From contig CAYHVK010000017.1 of NCBI GenBank assembly GCA_964360255.1, positions 4,469 to 68,468 on the forward strand: 64,000 nucleotides of DNA. The letters are read 5' to 3'. Shown here one piece after another: positions 28,203 through 38,248 of this stretch. How positions within the stretch are numbered: the stretch's first letter is position 1; each line of letters opens with the position of its first letter. The notes beneath the pieces are model-generated. The model was not told the DNA's origin, ran no database searches, and saw nothing but the letters and a program-made list of their open reading frames with translations. A program made the translations under genes and the position numbers. This DNA comes from an uncultured Pseudobdellovibrionaceae bacterium. GTDB taxonomy: Bacteria; Bdellovibrionota; Bdellovibrionia; Bdellovibrionales; UBA1609.

Positions 28203-29776
28203 TGAGTTTATTTCTAGTAATTGGATGTTTAGTGGGTGGCTACTTGGCCGGCGTTATCACACTTTATTTTTACAAAACAACACAAGACAATCGCACTAAG
28301 ATGGATGCCCAGAGTGAGGCCCAGCGCATTGTGAATAAAGCTAAAGGCGAATCAGCTCGTATTGAGCGTGAAGCCGCCGCTCGTGCCAAAGATTTTGAGC
28401 AACGCGCCCGTCGTAACGTTGAGAATGACGTGAAGAAAGAGAAACAGAAAGTTGTGACTCTTGAGGCCTCGTTGAAGCAAAAAGAGGGTCGTCTCGATCA
28501 AGACTTCAAGCGTAAAGAAGAAACTTTAACAAACAAAATCAAAGCTGTTGATGATCGTGGCGAGCGCTTACGTATTTCTGAGGCCCGCATTGCTGATCTT
28601 GAAAAGAAAGCTCAAATTCAAATTGAAGAGCTGCGTAGCAAGCTTGAGGGTGTTGCTAATCTTTCAACAGACCAAGCTAAAGAAGAGCTGAAAAGCGCTT
28701 TAAAAGCAGCAGCTCAACAAGAGGCGGAGCATTCACTGCAAGAGATTGAAAAAGAAGCAAAGCTTGAAGCCGACCGCAAAGCTAAGCGTATTCTTTCTGT
28801 GGCCCTTTCTCGTTATGCGAGCGAAGTGGCAACAGAGCGCACGGTGAATATCGTTCCACTTACTAGTGATGAGATGAAGGGTAAGATTATCGGCCGCGAA
28901 GGTCGTAATATTCGTGCTCTTGAAGCAGCTTGCGGTGTGGATTTGATTATCGATGAAACTCCTGAAGCCGTTGTGATTTCAAGTTTTGACCCTGTTCGCA
29001 GAGAAATCGCTCGTCAAACATTAATTAAATTAATGGAAGACGGCCGCGTTCACCCGGGTCGTATTGAAGAGGTTGTGGATAAAGTAAAACAAGATCTCAC
29101 TCAGACTATTCGTCAAGACGGCGAGAAGGCCGCAGTTGAACTGGGTCTTGTCGGCATTCACCAAAATATGGTGCAAATGATCGGTAGCATGAAGTACCGC
29201 TTAGCTGGTTCACAAAATCTTTATCAGCATTCAATTGAAGTGGCTCATATTGCGGGTCTCTTGGCGGCTGAAATCGGCGAAGATGTTCAGCTCGCAAAAC
29301 GCATTGGTCTCTTACACGATCTTGGTAAAACAATTGATCATAACGTAGAGGGCAGCGTCGCTTCTGCCGGAGCCGAATATGCTCGTCGTCACGGTGAAAA
29401 AGACATCGTCGTAAATGCCATTAAATCTCTCGCACCAAATGAAGAGCCACGCTCTGCTTTGGCTCATATCGTACAAGCAGCGAAAGCTCTGGCAGAGAAT
29501 CGCCCTGGTGCCAACCGTCAAGTGATTCAGAACTTTATCAAACGCCTTGAAGACCTCGAATCGATTGGTAACAGCTTCGACGGTGTGGTTCGTACTTATG
29601 CTCTTCAATCAGGTAAAGAAATTCGCGTCCTCGTTGAGAGCGGTAAGATCACTGACGATCAGGCTGTTATGCTCAGTCGCGATATTGCCCGTAAGATCGA
29701 GCGCGATGCGAACTACCCAGGTCAGATTAAAATCGCTGTTGTAAGAGAGACAAGAATCGTAGAGCACGCGAGATAA
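28202..29776 (+). CDS. rny: Ribonuclease Y
   Basis: N-terminal TM, long E/K coiled coil, KH domain [17 protein letters not shown] domain [13 protein letters not shown]...LLHDLGK. Confidence 0.95.
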   Translation: MSLFLVIGCLVGGYLAGVITLYFYKTTQDNRTKMDAQSEAQRIVNKAKGESARIEREAAARAKDFEQRARRNVENDVKKEKQKVVTLEASLKQKEGRLDQDFKRKEETLTNKIKAVDDRGERLRISEARIADLEKKAQIQIEELRSKLEGVANLSTDQAKEELKSALKAAAQQEAEHSLQEIEKEAKLEADRKAKRILSVALSRYASEVATERTVNIVPLTSDEMKGKIIGREGRNIRALEAACGVDLIIDETPEAVVISSFDPVRREIARQTLIKLMEDGRVHPGRIEEVVDKVKQDLTQTIRQDGEKAAVELGLVGIHQNMVQMIGSMKYRLAGSQNLYQHSIEVAHIAGLLAAEIGEDVQLAKRIGLLHDLGKTIDHNVEGSVASAGAEYARRHGEKDIVVNAIKSLAPNEEPRSALAHIVQAAKALAENRPGANRQVIQNFIKRLEDLESIGNSFDGVVRTYALQSGKEIRVLVESGKITDDQAVMLSRDIARKIERDANYPGQIKIAVVRETRIVEHAR

Positions 29777-29798
29777 TAAAGTTAATGGAGCAGATGAG

Positions 29799-31037
29799 AT
29801 GTTTAAGCTAAGTGCTGAAGAACAATTAAAAGAGCTTAAAAAAGGTACGGTTGACTGTATCTCTGAGGTTGAATTATTAGCGAAGCTGAAAGAAAGCGTA
29901 GCTAAGAGTAAACCTCTTCGTATTAAAGCTGGTTTTGATCCTTCACGCCCAGATCTTCACATTGGTCACACGGTTCTATTAAATAAAATGCGTCAGTTTC
30001 AAGAGTTCGGTCACCATGTGATCTTCTTGATCGGTGATTTCACCGCTATGATTGGTGATCCCACTGGTAAAAATGTGACTCGACCGGCCTTAACCTCTGA
30101 AGAGATTCAAGAGAACGCCAAGACCTACGCTCGCCAAGTTTATAAAGTTCTCGATGAGAAAAAGACTGAAGTTGCCTATAACGCGACTTGGTTTAACAAA
30201 TTCAGTGCCGCAGACTTTATTCGTCTCACAAGCCAGTACACAGTGGCTCGTATGCTCGAGCGCGATGACTTTCAAAAACGTTATGCAGAAAAAGCTCCGA
30301 TTTCGATGCATGAACTTTTGTATCCACTCGTTCAAGGTTATGACTCTGTAGCTTTAAAGTCAGATGTTGAACTTGGCGGAACTGATCAAAAGTTCAATCT
30401 TCTTGTTGGTCGCGAAATTCAAAAAGCTTATAGTGTTGCTTCACAGTGTGTAATGACAGTTCCGATTCTTGAAGGCCTTGATGGCGTTCAGAAAATGTCG
30501 AAGAGCCTTGATAACTACATTGCCGTTGAAGACTCTCCAAAAGATATGTTCGGCAAAACAATGCGCGTGAGCGATGAGCTCATGATTCGTTATTTTGAAC
30601 TTCTCACTGATATTACGACGGCAGATCTGGCAAAGCTCCAAGCCGATTTGAAAGAGCGCAAACTTCATCCACGCCAAGTGAAAGTTGATTTGGCTAAGAC
30701 ATTGGTGACACGTTTTCATTCTAAGGAAGCAGCTGATAATGCCGAGGCTGAGTTTAATCGTATTTTCGTATCTGGCGGATTGCCGGACGATATGCCGACA
30801 AAAAGCTTAAATGAAGGTTCTCTTCAAGCGGCTGCATTATTAGTTGAGCTGCAACTCGCGACTTCAAAAAGTGAGGCTCGACGCCTTATCGAAGGCGGAG
30901 CTGTTGAAATTATTCAAGGCAAAGAGACGACCGGCGAAAAAGTAAAAGACCATATGCAGCCGGTAAAACTCGTGAAGCAAAGTTCGTTTGTTGTACGTGC
31001 CGGCAAGAAAAAGTTCGTTCGCGTACAGGTAAATTAG
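29799..31037 (+). CDS. tyrS: Tyrosine--tRNA ligase (type 2)
   Basis: HIGH motif [14 protein letters not shown] present, C-terminal S4-like domain [14 protein letters not shown]. Confidence 0.95.
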   Translation: MFKLSAEEQLKELKKGTVDCISEVELLAKLKESVAKSKPLRIKAGFDPSRPDLHIGHTVLLNKMRQFQEFGHHVIFLIGDFTAMIGDPTGKNVTRPALTSEEIQENAKTYARQVYKVLDEKKTEVAYNATWFNKFSAADFIRLTSQYTVARMLERDDFQKRYAEKAPISMHELLYPLVQGYDSVALKSDVELGGTDQKFNLLVGREIQKAYSVASQCVMTVPILEGLDGVQKMSKSLDNYIAVEDSPKDMFGKTMRVSDELMIRYFELLTDITTADLAKLQADLKERKLHPRQVKVDLAKTLVTRFHSKEAADNAEAEFNRIFVSGGLPDDMPTKSLNEGSLQAAALLVELQLATSKSEARRLIEGGAVEIIQGKETTGEKVKDHMQPVKLVKQSSFVVRAGKKKFVRVQVN

Positions 31038-31046
31038 GAAGTAAAA

Positions 31047-31802
31047 ATGAAAGTTAAGTTTATTCCGCAAAATATTGAACTCGACATCGAGCCGAACCAA
31101 TCGGTGATGAAACTCGCTCACGAAAAAGGCATTTACATTAAATCTGTGTGCGGTGGTTTACCGTCATGCTCAGAGTGCCGTGTACGAGTCATTGAAGGTG
31201 AGCAAAACGTATTGCCACCATCAACTAAAGAATTGAATTTAATTGGCACTGGTTATTTTATCGATCAGCGCCGTCTTTCGTGTCAGCTGAAATGTTTCGG
31301 TGATGTTGTTATTGATTTAACAGAGCAGATTGCTAAGCAAGCCACTGACGGACCAAAACGTCCGCAGGGATCTAAAAAAGAAGAGCATGAAGCTTCTTTC
31401 GCCGTGAGCGGTAACTTAATTCAACAAGATGACACTTTGAAAAAAGTGGCCGAAGAGGTCGCGAATAATCCGAATGCCGGTCGTCCGCAGCAGCAAAATC
31501 GTGGTGGCGAATCGCAAGGCGGCGGTCGCGGCCGTAACAATCGTCGCGGTCGTGGCGGAGGCGGCGGTGGACAAAATCGCAACGCCCAAGGCGGCGGACA
31601 AAATCAAGGTGGAAACCAAGGCCGTCCGCAACAACAAGGTCAGGGTCGTAATCCGAATCAGGGCGGCGGTCAGGGTGGACAACCTGGCGGCGGCAATCAA
31701 AATCAAAACCGCCATCAGCAGGGTGGCGGTCGCAATAGCCCCAATCAAGGTCAGCAAAATCGTCAGCAGCAATCGCGCAACGACAATCGCGGCAATAAGT
31801 AA
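31047..31802 (+). CDS. 2Fe-2S ferredoxin domain fused to a ~150-aa Gly/Gln/Asn/Arg-rich (RGG-type) tail
   Basis: N-terminal ~95 aa: KSVCGGLPSCSECRVRVIEGE...RRLSCQLKCFGDVVIDL (Cys-x5-Cys-x2-Cys...Cys). The remainder reads GRPQQQNRGGESQGGGRGRNNRRGRGGGGGGQNRN... Confidence 0.8.
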   Translation: MKVKFIPQNIELDIEPNQSVMKLAHEKGIYIKSVCGGLPSCSECRVRVIEGEQNVLPPSTKELNLIGTGYFIDQRRLSCQLKCFGDVVIDLTEQIAKQATDGPKRPQGSKKEEHEASFAVSGNLIQQDDTLKKVAEEVANNPNAGRPQQQNRGGESQGGGRGRNNRRGRGGGGGGQNRNAQGGGQNQGGNQGRPQQQGQGRNPNQGGGQGGQPGGGNQNQNRHQQGGGRNSPNQGQQNRQQQSRNDNRGNK

Positions 31803-31804
31803 TA

Positions 31805-31831
31805 AAAAAGCCGATTCTTCATCGGCTTTAA
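31805..31831 (-). terminator. Intrinsic terminator between convergent fdx and iscA
   Basis: 9-bp stem AAAGCCGAT / ATCGGCTTT (31807-31815 / 31821-31829) with loop TCTTC. On the minus strand it is followed by TTTTTTATT, which is canonical for the nifS-iscA transcript. On the plus strand only TTTAAAT follows. Confidence 0.7.
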
Positions 31832-31871
31832 ATGACTAAGCTCATCTGCGAAGCGCAGCTGAGCGAACGTA

Positions 31872-32198
31872 TTAAACGCCGAAGCTCGAGCCGCAGCCGC
31901 AAGTCTTCGTGGCATTAGGGTTTGAAAACACAAAACCCTTACCATTTAAGCCGCCTTCAAAATCTAAAGTTAAGCCTAAAAGATAAAGCATCGATTGATC
32001 ATCAACCACTACTTTGGCGGCGTTCATTTCAAAGAGTTTATCTTTTTCGCCTAAAGCTGTATCGAATTCCATTTTATAAGAATAACCCGAACATCCGCCG
32101 CGCTTTACCTTCACACGCAAAAAAGCCTCTGTAGGAGCTTTATCTTCTACTTTTAAAACTTGGATTTTAGCGGCTGCTGATTCTGTAATTTTAATCAT
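31872..32198 (-). CDS. A-type Fe-S cluster insertion protein (IscA/ErpA/HesB family)
   Basis: MIKITESAAAKI...GGCSGYSY...C-terminal CGCGSSFGV. Start set at ATG 32196-32198 with GGAGA upstream. Confidence 0.85.
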   Translation of the reverse strand: MIKITESAAAKIQVLKVEDKAPTEAFLRVKVKRGGCSGYSYKMEFDTALGEKDKLFEMNAAKVVVDDQSMLYLLGLTLDFEGGLNGKGFVFSNPNATKTCGCGSSFGV

Positions 32199-32376
32199 GG
32201 TAAAAAATCTCCGTGGTATTGCTAAAGCAATAAACAATCAATACATTGGTGATTCTATCACACCTGTCAAATAAGTGCCTAAGGTATTGAAAATACATAT
32301 AATTATTTCTAGGTGGAGACACATAATGGTTTCTAAATAGCCGCGGAAGGATAGCGGGCGCTTAGATATAGCAAAC

Positions 32377-33528
32377 CTAGGCTTTAAAACTTTCTTCCAG
32401 ATCTAAAAGATTTTTTAATTTCTCAATAACCAAATCAGCGTCAGCGTCCGTGGTCATACGCCCAATACCAATACGAAGACTTGAATTAGCCTCGGCATCG
32501 CTGTGACCAATAGCTTTCAACACATGAGAGGCCGCACCAGCCGAGCAAGCACTGGCGCCTGAAACGGCAATGCCGCTTAAGCCTAAAGCAAATAAGTCTG
32601 ATGAGAGATCTTGAATGGTTAAATTAATGTTATTGCAAAGGCGCTCTGTCGGATGACCATTAAGGCGAATGCGCGATGAGAGGGCGAGGGCTTTTTTAAT
32701 AATCTGATCGCGAAGCCCGCAAAGGCGTGAACACTCCGCCGCATGCTCTTCAATAAAGATTCGGCAGGCTTCGCCGAGCCCCACAATAGCCGGAACATTT
32801 AAAGTACCCGGGCGTAAACCGCGCTCTTGGCTACCGCCAAAAAGCACGGGCTGAATCAGCTCCCGAATTTCTTCGCGCACGAAAAGAAAGCCAATGCCTT
32901 TGGGGCCGTACATTTTCTGCCCACTTGAAGAAAGCAAATCGCAGTACTGCTTCATATCCGTAAGATCAACTTTGCCCACCGTTTGCGCGGCATCAGAGTG
33001 AAATAAAACTTTATTCTCCCGGCAAAGCTGACCAATTTCACGAATCGGATTCAATGAGCCGATTTCGTTATTGCCGTGAATAACACTCACGAGACGAGTA
33101 TGAGGGCGTAATTCTTTTTTCACATCCTCTGCCGAAACTTGACCGTATTTATTCGTTTTTAAAATAGTCATTTCGGCGCCGAATTCACCCATTTTTTTGA
33201 CTACATCAATGACGGCTTTGTGCTCTGTCGGAGTCGTTATAAGGTGAACTTTTTGCTTATGATTAAAGAAAAATTGAGTCACGCCTTGAATGGCCAAATT
33301 ATTCGATTCAGTCGCACCAGAAGTGAAATAAATCTCTTTAGGCTGCACACCCATAAGTTTGGCAACCTGTTCACGGGCCTTTCGGCAGCCACTATCGGCA
33401 TCCCAACCGTAGCTGTGAGTGACGCTAGAGGGATTGCCGAAGTTTTCAGTCATATATGGCAATGCCGCGTCGAGAACTCGGCGATCAATAGGGGTAGCGG
33501 CATTATAATCCAAATAGACGGGCTTCAT
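32377..33528 (-). CDS. Cysteine desulfurase (NifS/IscS class V aminotransferase)
   Basis: YLDYNATTP, PLP-lysine region SSSGQKMYGPKGIG, active-site loop SGASACSAG. Confidence 0.9.
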   Translation of the reverse strand: MKPVYLDYNAATPIDRRVLDAALPYMTENFGNPSSVTHSYGWDADSGCRKAREQVAKLMGVQPKEIYFTSGATESNNLAIQGVTQFFFNHKQKVHLITTPTEHKAVIDVVKKMGEFGAEMTILKTNKYGQVSAEDVKKELRPHTRLVSVIHGNNEIGSLNPIREIGQLCRENKVLFHSDAAQTVGKVDLTDMKQYCDLLSSSGQKMYGPKGIGFLFVREEIRELIQPVLFGGSQERGLRPGTLNVPAIVGLGEACRIFIEEHAAECSRLCGLRDQIIKKALALSSRIRLNGHPTERLCNNINLTIQDLSSDLFALGLSGIAVSGASACSAGAASHVLKAIGHSDAEANSSLRIGIGRMTTDADADLVIEKLKNLLDLEESFKA

Positions 33529-33590
33529 ATTTGACAGTATTCTCTCAAACTATTTTGATGTCATCTTTCATTTTATCTGGAGAGCAAAAA

Positions 33591-34796
33591 ATGACCAACG
33601 AACTAAGTGGTTTTGACCTTTTTAATCCCTCTGAAGAACATAAAATGCTTCGTGAAACAGTGCGAAGTTTTGTTCAAACCGAGGTTGAGCCCCAGGCCCA
33701 TGAATATGACCGGGCAGAGAAATTTAACCTCCCGCTTTTTAGAAAATTAGGTGAACTCGGTTTATTAGGCATTACTGTCCCTGAAGCTTATGGTGGTTCG
33801 GGTTTAGATGCCATGGCAGCGGTTATTGTCCACGAAGAGCTGTCGGCCAGCGACCCAGGTTTTTGCTTGGCTTATCTCGCGCACTCAATGCTTGCGGTGA
33901 ATAATATTGCCGTGAATGCCAGTGAAGAGCAGAAAAAACGTCTCTTGCCAAAACTTTGCTCAGGTGAATTTGTTGGCTGTATGGCCATGTCAGAGCCACA
34001 CGTCGGAACTGACGTTTTAGGAATGAAATCAACGGCGGTTAAAAAAGGTGACGGCTACTTAATTAATGGCCGTAAAATGTGGATCACGAACGGCACGATC
34101 GACGAAAATTCAACGGCTGCCGATGTTGTGCTTTTATACGCTCGTAGTGGTGAAAAAAATGGCCGCGTTCAGCTCTCAACTTTCTTGGTTGAAAAAGGAA
34201 TGGAAGGCTACTCGGTCGGTCAAAAAATTAAAGATAAAAATGGAATGCGCGCTTCAAATACAGCGGAATTAGTATTCTCTGACTGTCAGGTTCCGGCCTC
34301 GGCACTTGTAGGTGCTGAAGGCGATTCTATGCACCATATGATGAGAAATTTAGAATTAGAACGTTTAACTTTAGCTGCTATGTCAGTGGGTATCGCCAAG
34401 CGCTCAATGCAAATTATGGTGAAATACGCCAAAGATCGCGAAGCTTTTGGTAAGCCATTATCGGCTTTTGGGCAAATTCAGAAGTATATTGGCGACTCTT
34501 ATGCTGAATATGTGGCTGCGCGCACATACGTTTACGATACAGCTCGCCGCCAAAGTCTCACCCAAGGTGGTCAGCGTTTAGACTCTGATGGAGCGAAATT
34601 ATTCGCGGCGACTGTTGGTAAAAACGTCGCCGATCGCGCTATACAAGTTTTAGGCGGTTACGGATACGTGGGAGAGTATGTTGTTGAGCGCCTCTGGAGA
34701 GATGCAAAACTTCTTGAAATCGGTGGCGGCACATTAGAGGCTCATCAGAAAAATATTACGAATGATTTAGGTAGAAATCCCGAAATATTGCTTTAA
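33591..34796 (+). CDS. Acyl-CoA dehydrogenase, isovaleryl-CoA dehydrogenase-like
   Basis: LGLLGITVPEAYGGSG, AMSEPHVGTDV, KMWITNG, LEIGGGTLEAHQ. Start at ATG 33591 with GGAGA upstream. Confidence 0.9.
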   Translation: MTNELSGFDLFNPSEEHKMLRETVRSFVQTEVEPQAHEYDRAEKFNLPLFRKLGELGLLGITVPEAYGGSGLDAMAAVIVHEELSASDPGFCLAYLAHSMLAVNNIAVNASEEQKKRLLPKLCSGEFVGCMAMSEPHVGTDVLGMKSTAVKKGDGYLINGRKMWITNGTIDENSTAADVVLLYARSGEKNGRVQLSTFLVEKGMEGYSVGQKIKDKNGMRASNTAELVFSDCQVPASALVGAEGDSMHHMMRNLELERLTLAAMSVGIAKRSMQIMVKYAKDREAFGKPLSAFGQIQKYIGDSYAEYVAARTYVYDTARRQSLTQGGQRLDSDGAKLFAATVGKNVADRAIQVLGGYGYVGEYVVERLWRDAKLLEIGGGTLEAHQKNITNDLGRNPEILL

Positions 34797-34837
34797 TGCT
34801 TTTACAAATCGTGTGAAATAAAATATAAGTTTTCGCT

Positions 34838-35788
34838 ATGTCGAATGTATTTGAAGGTTCTGAAAAGAAACTGGAAATCGTATTGTCGAAAAAAGCGCCA
34901 TCGCTTCGCAAATGGCCTCTTAAGCAATGGGAGGCTATAGTTGCCGCCTCTCGTGCGCAGATTCTGTCGTCTATCACTTCAGAACACTGTGACGCCTATT
35001 TACTCTCTGAATCGAGCCTTTTCGTTTGGGATAATCGTTTTACGATGATCACTTGCGGAACAACTACGCTCGTGGACGCCGCTTTAAAAGCATTAGAGCT
35101 TATTCCTGACGAGCAGATCGATTGTCTCGTTTACGAGCGTAAAAATGAATACTTTCCACAACATCAGAAATCTGACTTTGCTGACGATGTAAAACGCCTC
35201 AATAAAGCCTGCAGCGGTAAAGCATTCCGCCTCGGAACAGTGGATGAGCATCATTTGTTTATGTTCCACTCAGATCGTCTTTATAAGCCTGAGCTCAATG
35301 ACCGAACTCTTGAAATCTTAATGTACGATCTTCAAGGTACAGCTAAAGAAGTTTTCAATACTGAGGGTATGACTCGCGAAAAGATTCGTGAGTTAACAAA
35401 GGTCGATCAGATTCTTCCGGGTTTTAATGTGGACGACTTTGCTTTTTCTCCCATTGGCTATTCGCTGAATGCTTTAAAAGATAATTATTACTTTACCATT
35501 CACGTAACTCCGCAAGATGCGAGTCCTTATGTGAGCTTTGAAACCAATATGGTTGATAAAGGTCAAATTCAAGAAGTGGTGAGTTCAGTGATTGATGTAT
35601 TTAAGCCGCGCTCATTTGATACGGTGTTCTTCGACTCTAGCGAGCGACAAGAGTTGATTGATTTGCCTGGCTATCAGCGGCGCTGTGATATTCGTCAAAG
35701 TTTTGAATGCGGCTACAGCCTTCAATATGGTCAGTTTGCATTACCCAATGTTGTTTTAGATTCCGTTTTTGAACTTAAAATCGATTAA
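34838..35788 (+). CDS. S-adenosylmethionine decarboxylase proenzyme, eukaryote-type (class 2, single chain ~316 aa)
   Basis: Colinear with human AMD1 by eye: FEGSEKKLEI, AYLLSESSLFV (self-cleavage E|S), ITCGTT, YERKNEYFPQHQ, RTLEILMYDL, GYSLNA, YFTIHVTPQ..SPYVSFETN, VFKP. Confidence 0.85.
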   Translation: MSNVFEGSEKKLEIVLSKKAPSLRKWPLKQWEAIVAASRAQILSSITSEHCDAYLLSESSLFVWDNRFTMITCGTTTLVDAALKALELIPDEQIDCLVYERKNEYFPQHQKSDFADDVKRLNKACSGKAFRLGTVDEHHLFMFHSDRLYKPELNDRTLEILMYDLQGTAKEVFNTEGMTREKIRELTKVDQILPGFNVDDFAFSPIGYSLNALKDNYYFTIHVTPQDASPYVSFETNMVDKGQIQEVVSSVIDVFKPRSFDTVFFDSSERQELIDLPGYQRRCDIRQSFECGYSLQYGQFALPNVVLDSVFELKID

Positions 35789-35806
35789 GTAGTGAGGGCG
35801 CTAATT

Positions 35807-36718
35807 ATGAGTAAAAGAGAATTCGCGGAAGAAGTGAATACCGCAAATGCCTTTTCTGTCCGTTACCAAATCAGTGAAGTGCTTTTTACCGGCCAAAGCG
35901 ATTTTCAAAAAGTAGAAGTGGTTCAAACTAAGGGCCACGGTAAAATGCTTTTAAATGATGATCTCGTTATGATCACTGAACGCGATGAATTCGTTTATCA
36001 CGATATGATCACTCATGTTCCACTTTTTGTTCACCCTAATCCGAAGAAAGTTTTAATTATAGGCGGCGGTGATGGTGGGACGGCCCGCGAAGTTCTCAGA
36101 CACAAAGGTGTTGAACACGTCGATATGGTAGAGATCGACAAAATGGTTGTAGATGCTTGTCGGGAACACATTCCGCAGACGGCTGTTGGTATGACAGACA
36201 GTCCACGTTTTACGCTTTATATCGATGATGGATTGAAATTCGTAAATGACTTTGCCGCTGGCAAAACCATCAGTCAAAAAGCCAGTATGAGCCCACTGGC
36301 GCAGAAAAAATACGATGTGGTTATTGTGGATTCAACAGATCCGATCGGTCCAGCCACTCCGCTTTTTGGTGTGGGCTTTTATAAAGATATTTTCGCCTGT
36401 CTTGAAGATGACGGTATTGTTGTTTCTCAAGGGGAGTCGCCTTTTTACAATCAAGATACGCAAATCTCTATGGCGAAAATTTTGAGTTCAGTATTTCCGC
36501 TGGTGAAGTATTTGAATTTCACAAATTTAACTTACCCCGGTGGCCTCTGGTCGTTTAGCTTCTCTTCTAAGAAGTATCATCCGGTTCAAGATTTTAATCC
36601 GGCTCGGGTTGCGGCTTCTGGTTTAAAATTTAAATACTATACGCCTCATCTGCATACGGCGGCTTTCAATCTTCCGCAATTTCAGCTGGATAATATTGGC
36701 CAGTATTTACAGGCTTAA
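35807..36718 (+). CDS. speE: Spermidine synthase
   Basis: VLIIGGGDGGTAREVLRH, VDMVEID, VIVDSTDPIGPA. ATG at 35807 follows GAGGG. Confidence 0.9.
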   Translation: MSKREFAEEVNTANAFSVRYQISEVLFTGQSDFQKVEVVQTKGHGKMLLNDDLVMITERDEFVYHDMITHVPLFVHPNPKKVLIIGGGDGGTAREVLRHKGVEHVDMVEIDKMVVDACREHIPQTAVGMTDSPRFTLYIDDGLKFVNDFAAGKTISQKASMSPLAQKKYDVVIVDSTDPIGPATPLFGVGFYKDIFACLEDDGIVVSQGESPFYNQDTQISMAKILSSVFPLVKYLNFTNLTYPGGLWSFSFSSKKYHPVQDFNPARVAASGLKFKYYTPHLHTAAFNLPQFQLDNIGQYLQA

Positions 36719-36760
36719 CACGACTTTGTTGAGTCGAACTCATATTTAAAGGTTATACAA

Positions 36761-37531
36761 ATGAAAGGTAAAGGCATGACTCCAGACGAACGCTTTACCT
36801 TTAGTTTGGATTTTAAAAATACACTTCAGACTCAAGGTGATTTTTCTCTTGCCGGGCATATGTGGTCGGCGACTGAGTTGTTAAAAACTTTAAAGCCATT
36901 TTTAACTGAAGAGCGTATTGAGCGTATTAGTTCAGTTCTGCCGCAAAGAACTTTTAATATCGCTGTTGTAGGAGAGCATCTTCATGACATCGGTAATATC
37001 AGCGCCGTTATGCGATCGGCAGAGAGCTTTGGTTTCTTGCCTTTTCATATTATCGAGCAGCAGCAGGCCAAATATAAAAGATCCGAGCGTATTTCAAAAG
37101 GCAGTGAGAAGTGGCTGGATATAACTAAGTGGAAAGATACGAAAGCTTGTCTGCGCGATCTTAAAAAGTCTGGCTACCAGGTTGTAGTGACGGCCTTAGA
37201 GGGCAGCCAGCCCATTCACACGGTGGATTTCAGCAAGCCTACGGCCATCGTATTGGGGAATGAAAAGACGGGTGTGAGCCCCGAGGCGCTCGAAGAGGCA
37301 GATATTCGGGCGGCGATCCCGATGAATGGTTTTACTCAAAGTTTTAATATCTCGGTGGCAGCCGCCATTATTTTTTATCACGCTTATACAGATCGTTTAA
37401 AAAAACTAGGTCGAAGCGGAGATTTACCTGAAGATGTGGCTGAGCGTATTGAAGCTCAATACTACTTACGCACACTTGATAGCGCCGAAGAGATCTTGAA
37501 ATCTATTTTACAAAAAAAGCAGAATCAGTAG
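36761..37531 (+). CDS. trmH: SpoU/TrmH-family tRNA/rRNA 2'-O-methyltransferase
   Basis: HDIGNISAVMRSAESFG, IVLGNEKTGVS, IPMNGFTQSFNISVAAAI. Confidence 0.75.
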   Translation: MKGKGMTPDERFTFSLDFKNTLQTQGDFSLAGHMWSATELLKTLKPFLTEERIERISSVLPQRTFNIAVVGEHLHDIGNISAVMRSAESFGFLPFHIIEQQQAKYKRSERISKGSEKWLDITKWKDTKACLRDLKKSGYQVVVTALEGSQPIHTVDFSKPTAIVLGNEKTGVSPEALEEADIRAAIPMNGFTQSFNISVAAAIIFYHAYTDRLKKLGRSGDLPEDVAERIEAQYYLRTLDSAEEILKSILQKKQNQ

Positions 37532-38084
37532 AGGCTGTCACATCATCATTCTGATAACGGGCAAAAGGACGGTCGAGGCGATTTGATTCTTCAACCAAAG
37601 TGAATCTCTCTGCATTCAATAATCCACGACGGGCAAAGTGCATATTAGATTTTAAAAGGCTGCCTTCAATACGCTGAATTTTATTTTTGATGGTTTTACG
37701 GTCACGACTGATTTGAATTGCTTCTAAGCCTGATTTGTAGCCTCGCAAGAAAGCGTCTTCGAGAAGTTGTGGGCATGTGCCTTTTCTATATTCATGACTC
37801 ATTTGCGCTAATTGATAGCCGTTTTTTTCAGAGCAGTATTCAGACAGCCCTAAGCTATGGCCACTTTCAAATAGGGCTTGGGCATCTAACTGCTCACCTT
37901 CAGCTTTGCAGCTTGAAGCAATAGTGCGGGGAGCATTTTTTTCGGTGCCGCTAGCACCTTGCTGGCGACCGAGTTCGTACCAATCAGTGGTTGTGCAGGG
38001 GAGTTTAGTGCTTGAAGCGCAGGCTGAAAGTAAAACAGAGAGTCCTAGTACCAGGATCACCGTAGTTTGATTGAATACTCTCAT
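37503..38084 (-). CDS. DUF2799-like lipoprotein
   Basis: Lipobox LLSAC. Cys-rich repeats with DWYELGRQQG and GY..G motifs. Start at ATG 38082-38084, 5 nt after GGAGG. Its 3' end overlaps the trmH 3' end by 29 nt. Confidence 0.6.
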   Translation of the reverse strand: MRVFNQTTVILVLGLSVLLSACASSTKLPCTTTDWYELGRQQGASGTEKNAPRTIASSCKAEGEQLDAQALFESGHSLGLSEYCSEKNGYQLAQMSHEYRKGTCPQLLEDAFLRGYKSGLEAIQISRDRKTIKNKIQRIEGSLLKSNMHFARRGLLNAERFTLVEESNRLDRPFARYQNDDVTASTDSAFFVK

Positions 38085-38248
38085 TAGACCTCCAGTTACG
38101 CAGTGCAATATAGACGAGTGAGCCAGCTGTGATTTACATAGATTTGCACAATTTATTTATTCGTTAGTTAGTTCATATATAAGTGTGACACAACTTAAAT
38201 GTTTTTCGAAACAAAAAAAGAAATTTTAGGCAAAAGTAAGGTTCAAAA

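Noticed and set aside
31416-31839. Long ORFs on the opposite strand (31416-31772) and in another frame (31474-31839) over the ferredoxin tail
   Set aside because: These are shadow ORFs created by the GGC/CAA/CGN low-complexity repeats. Only the frame continuous with the ferredoxin domain has a start context and a recognisable domain.
32217-32232. Inverted repeat TATTGC-TAAA-GCAATA 19-34 nt upstream of iscA as an operator
   Set aside because: A 6-bp arm is short enough to occur by chance in a 139-nt AT-rich spacer. It shows no resemblance to IscR sites that I can recall.
38109-38248. preQ1 riboswitch upstream of queF
   Set aside because: There is only a 4-bp AU-rich hairpin (GTTT-TTCG-AAAC) followed by an A-rich tract. 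There is no 5-bp GC-containing P1 and no conserved loop or tail that would form the pseudoknot. This resembles chance A-richness before the ribosome-binding site.
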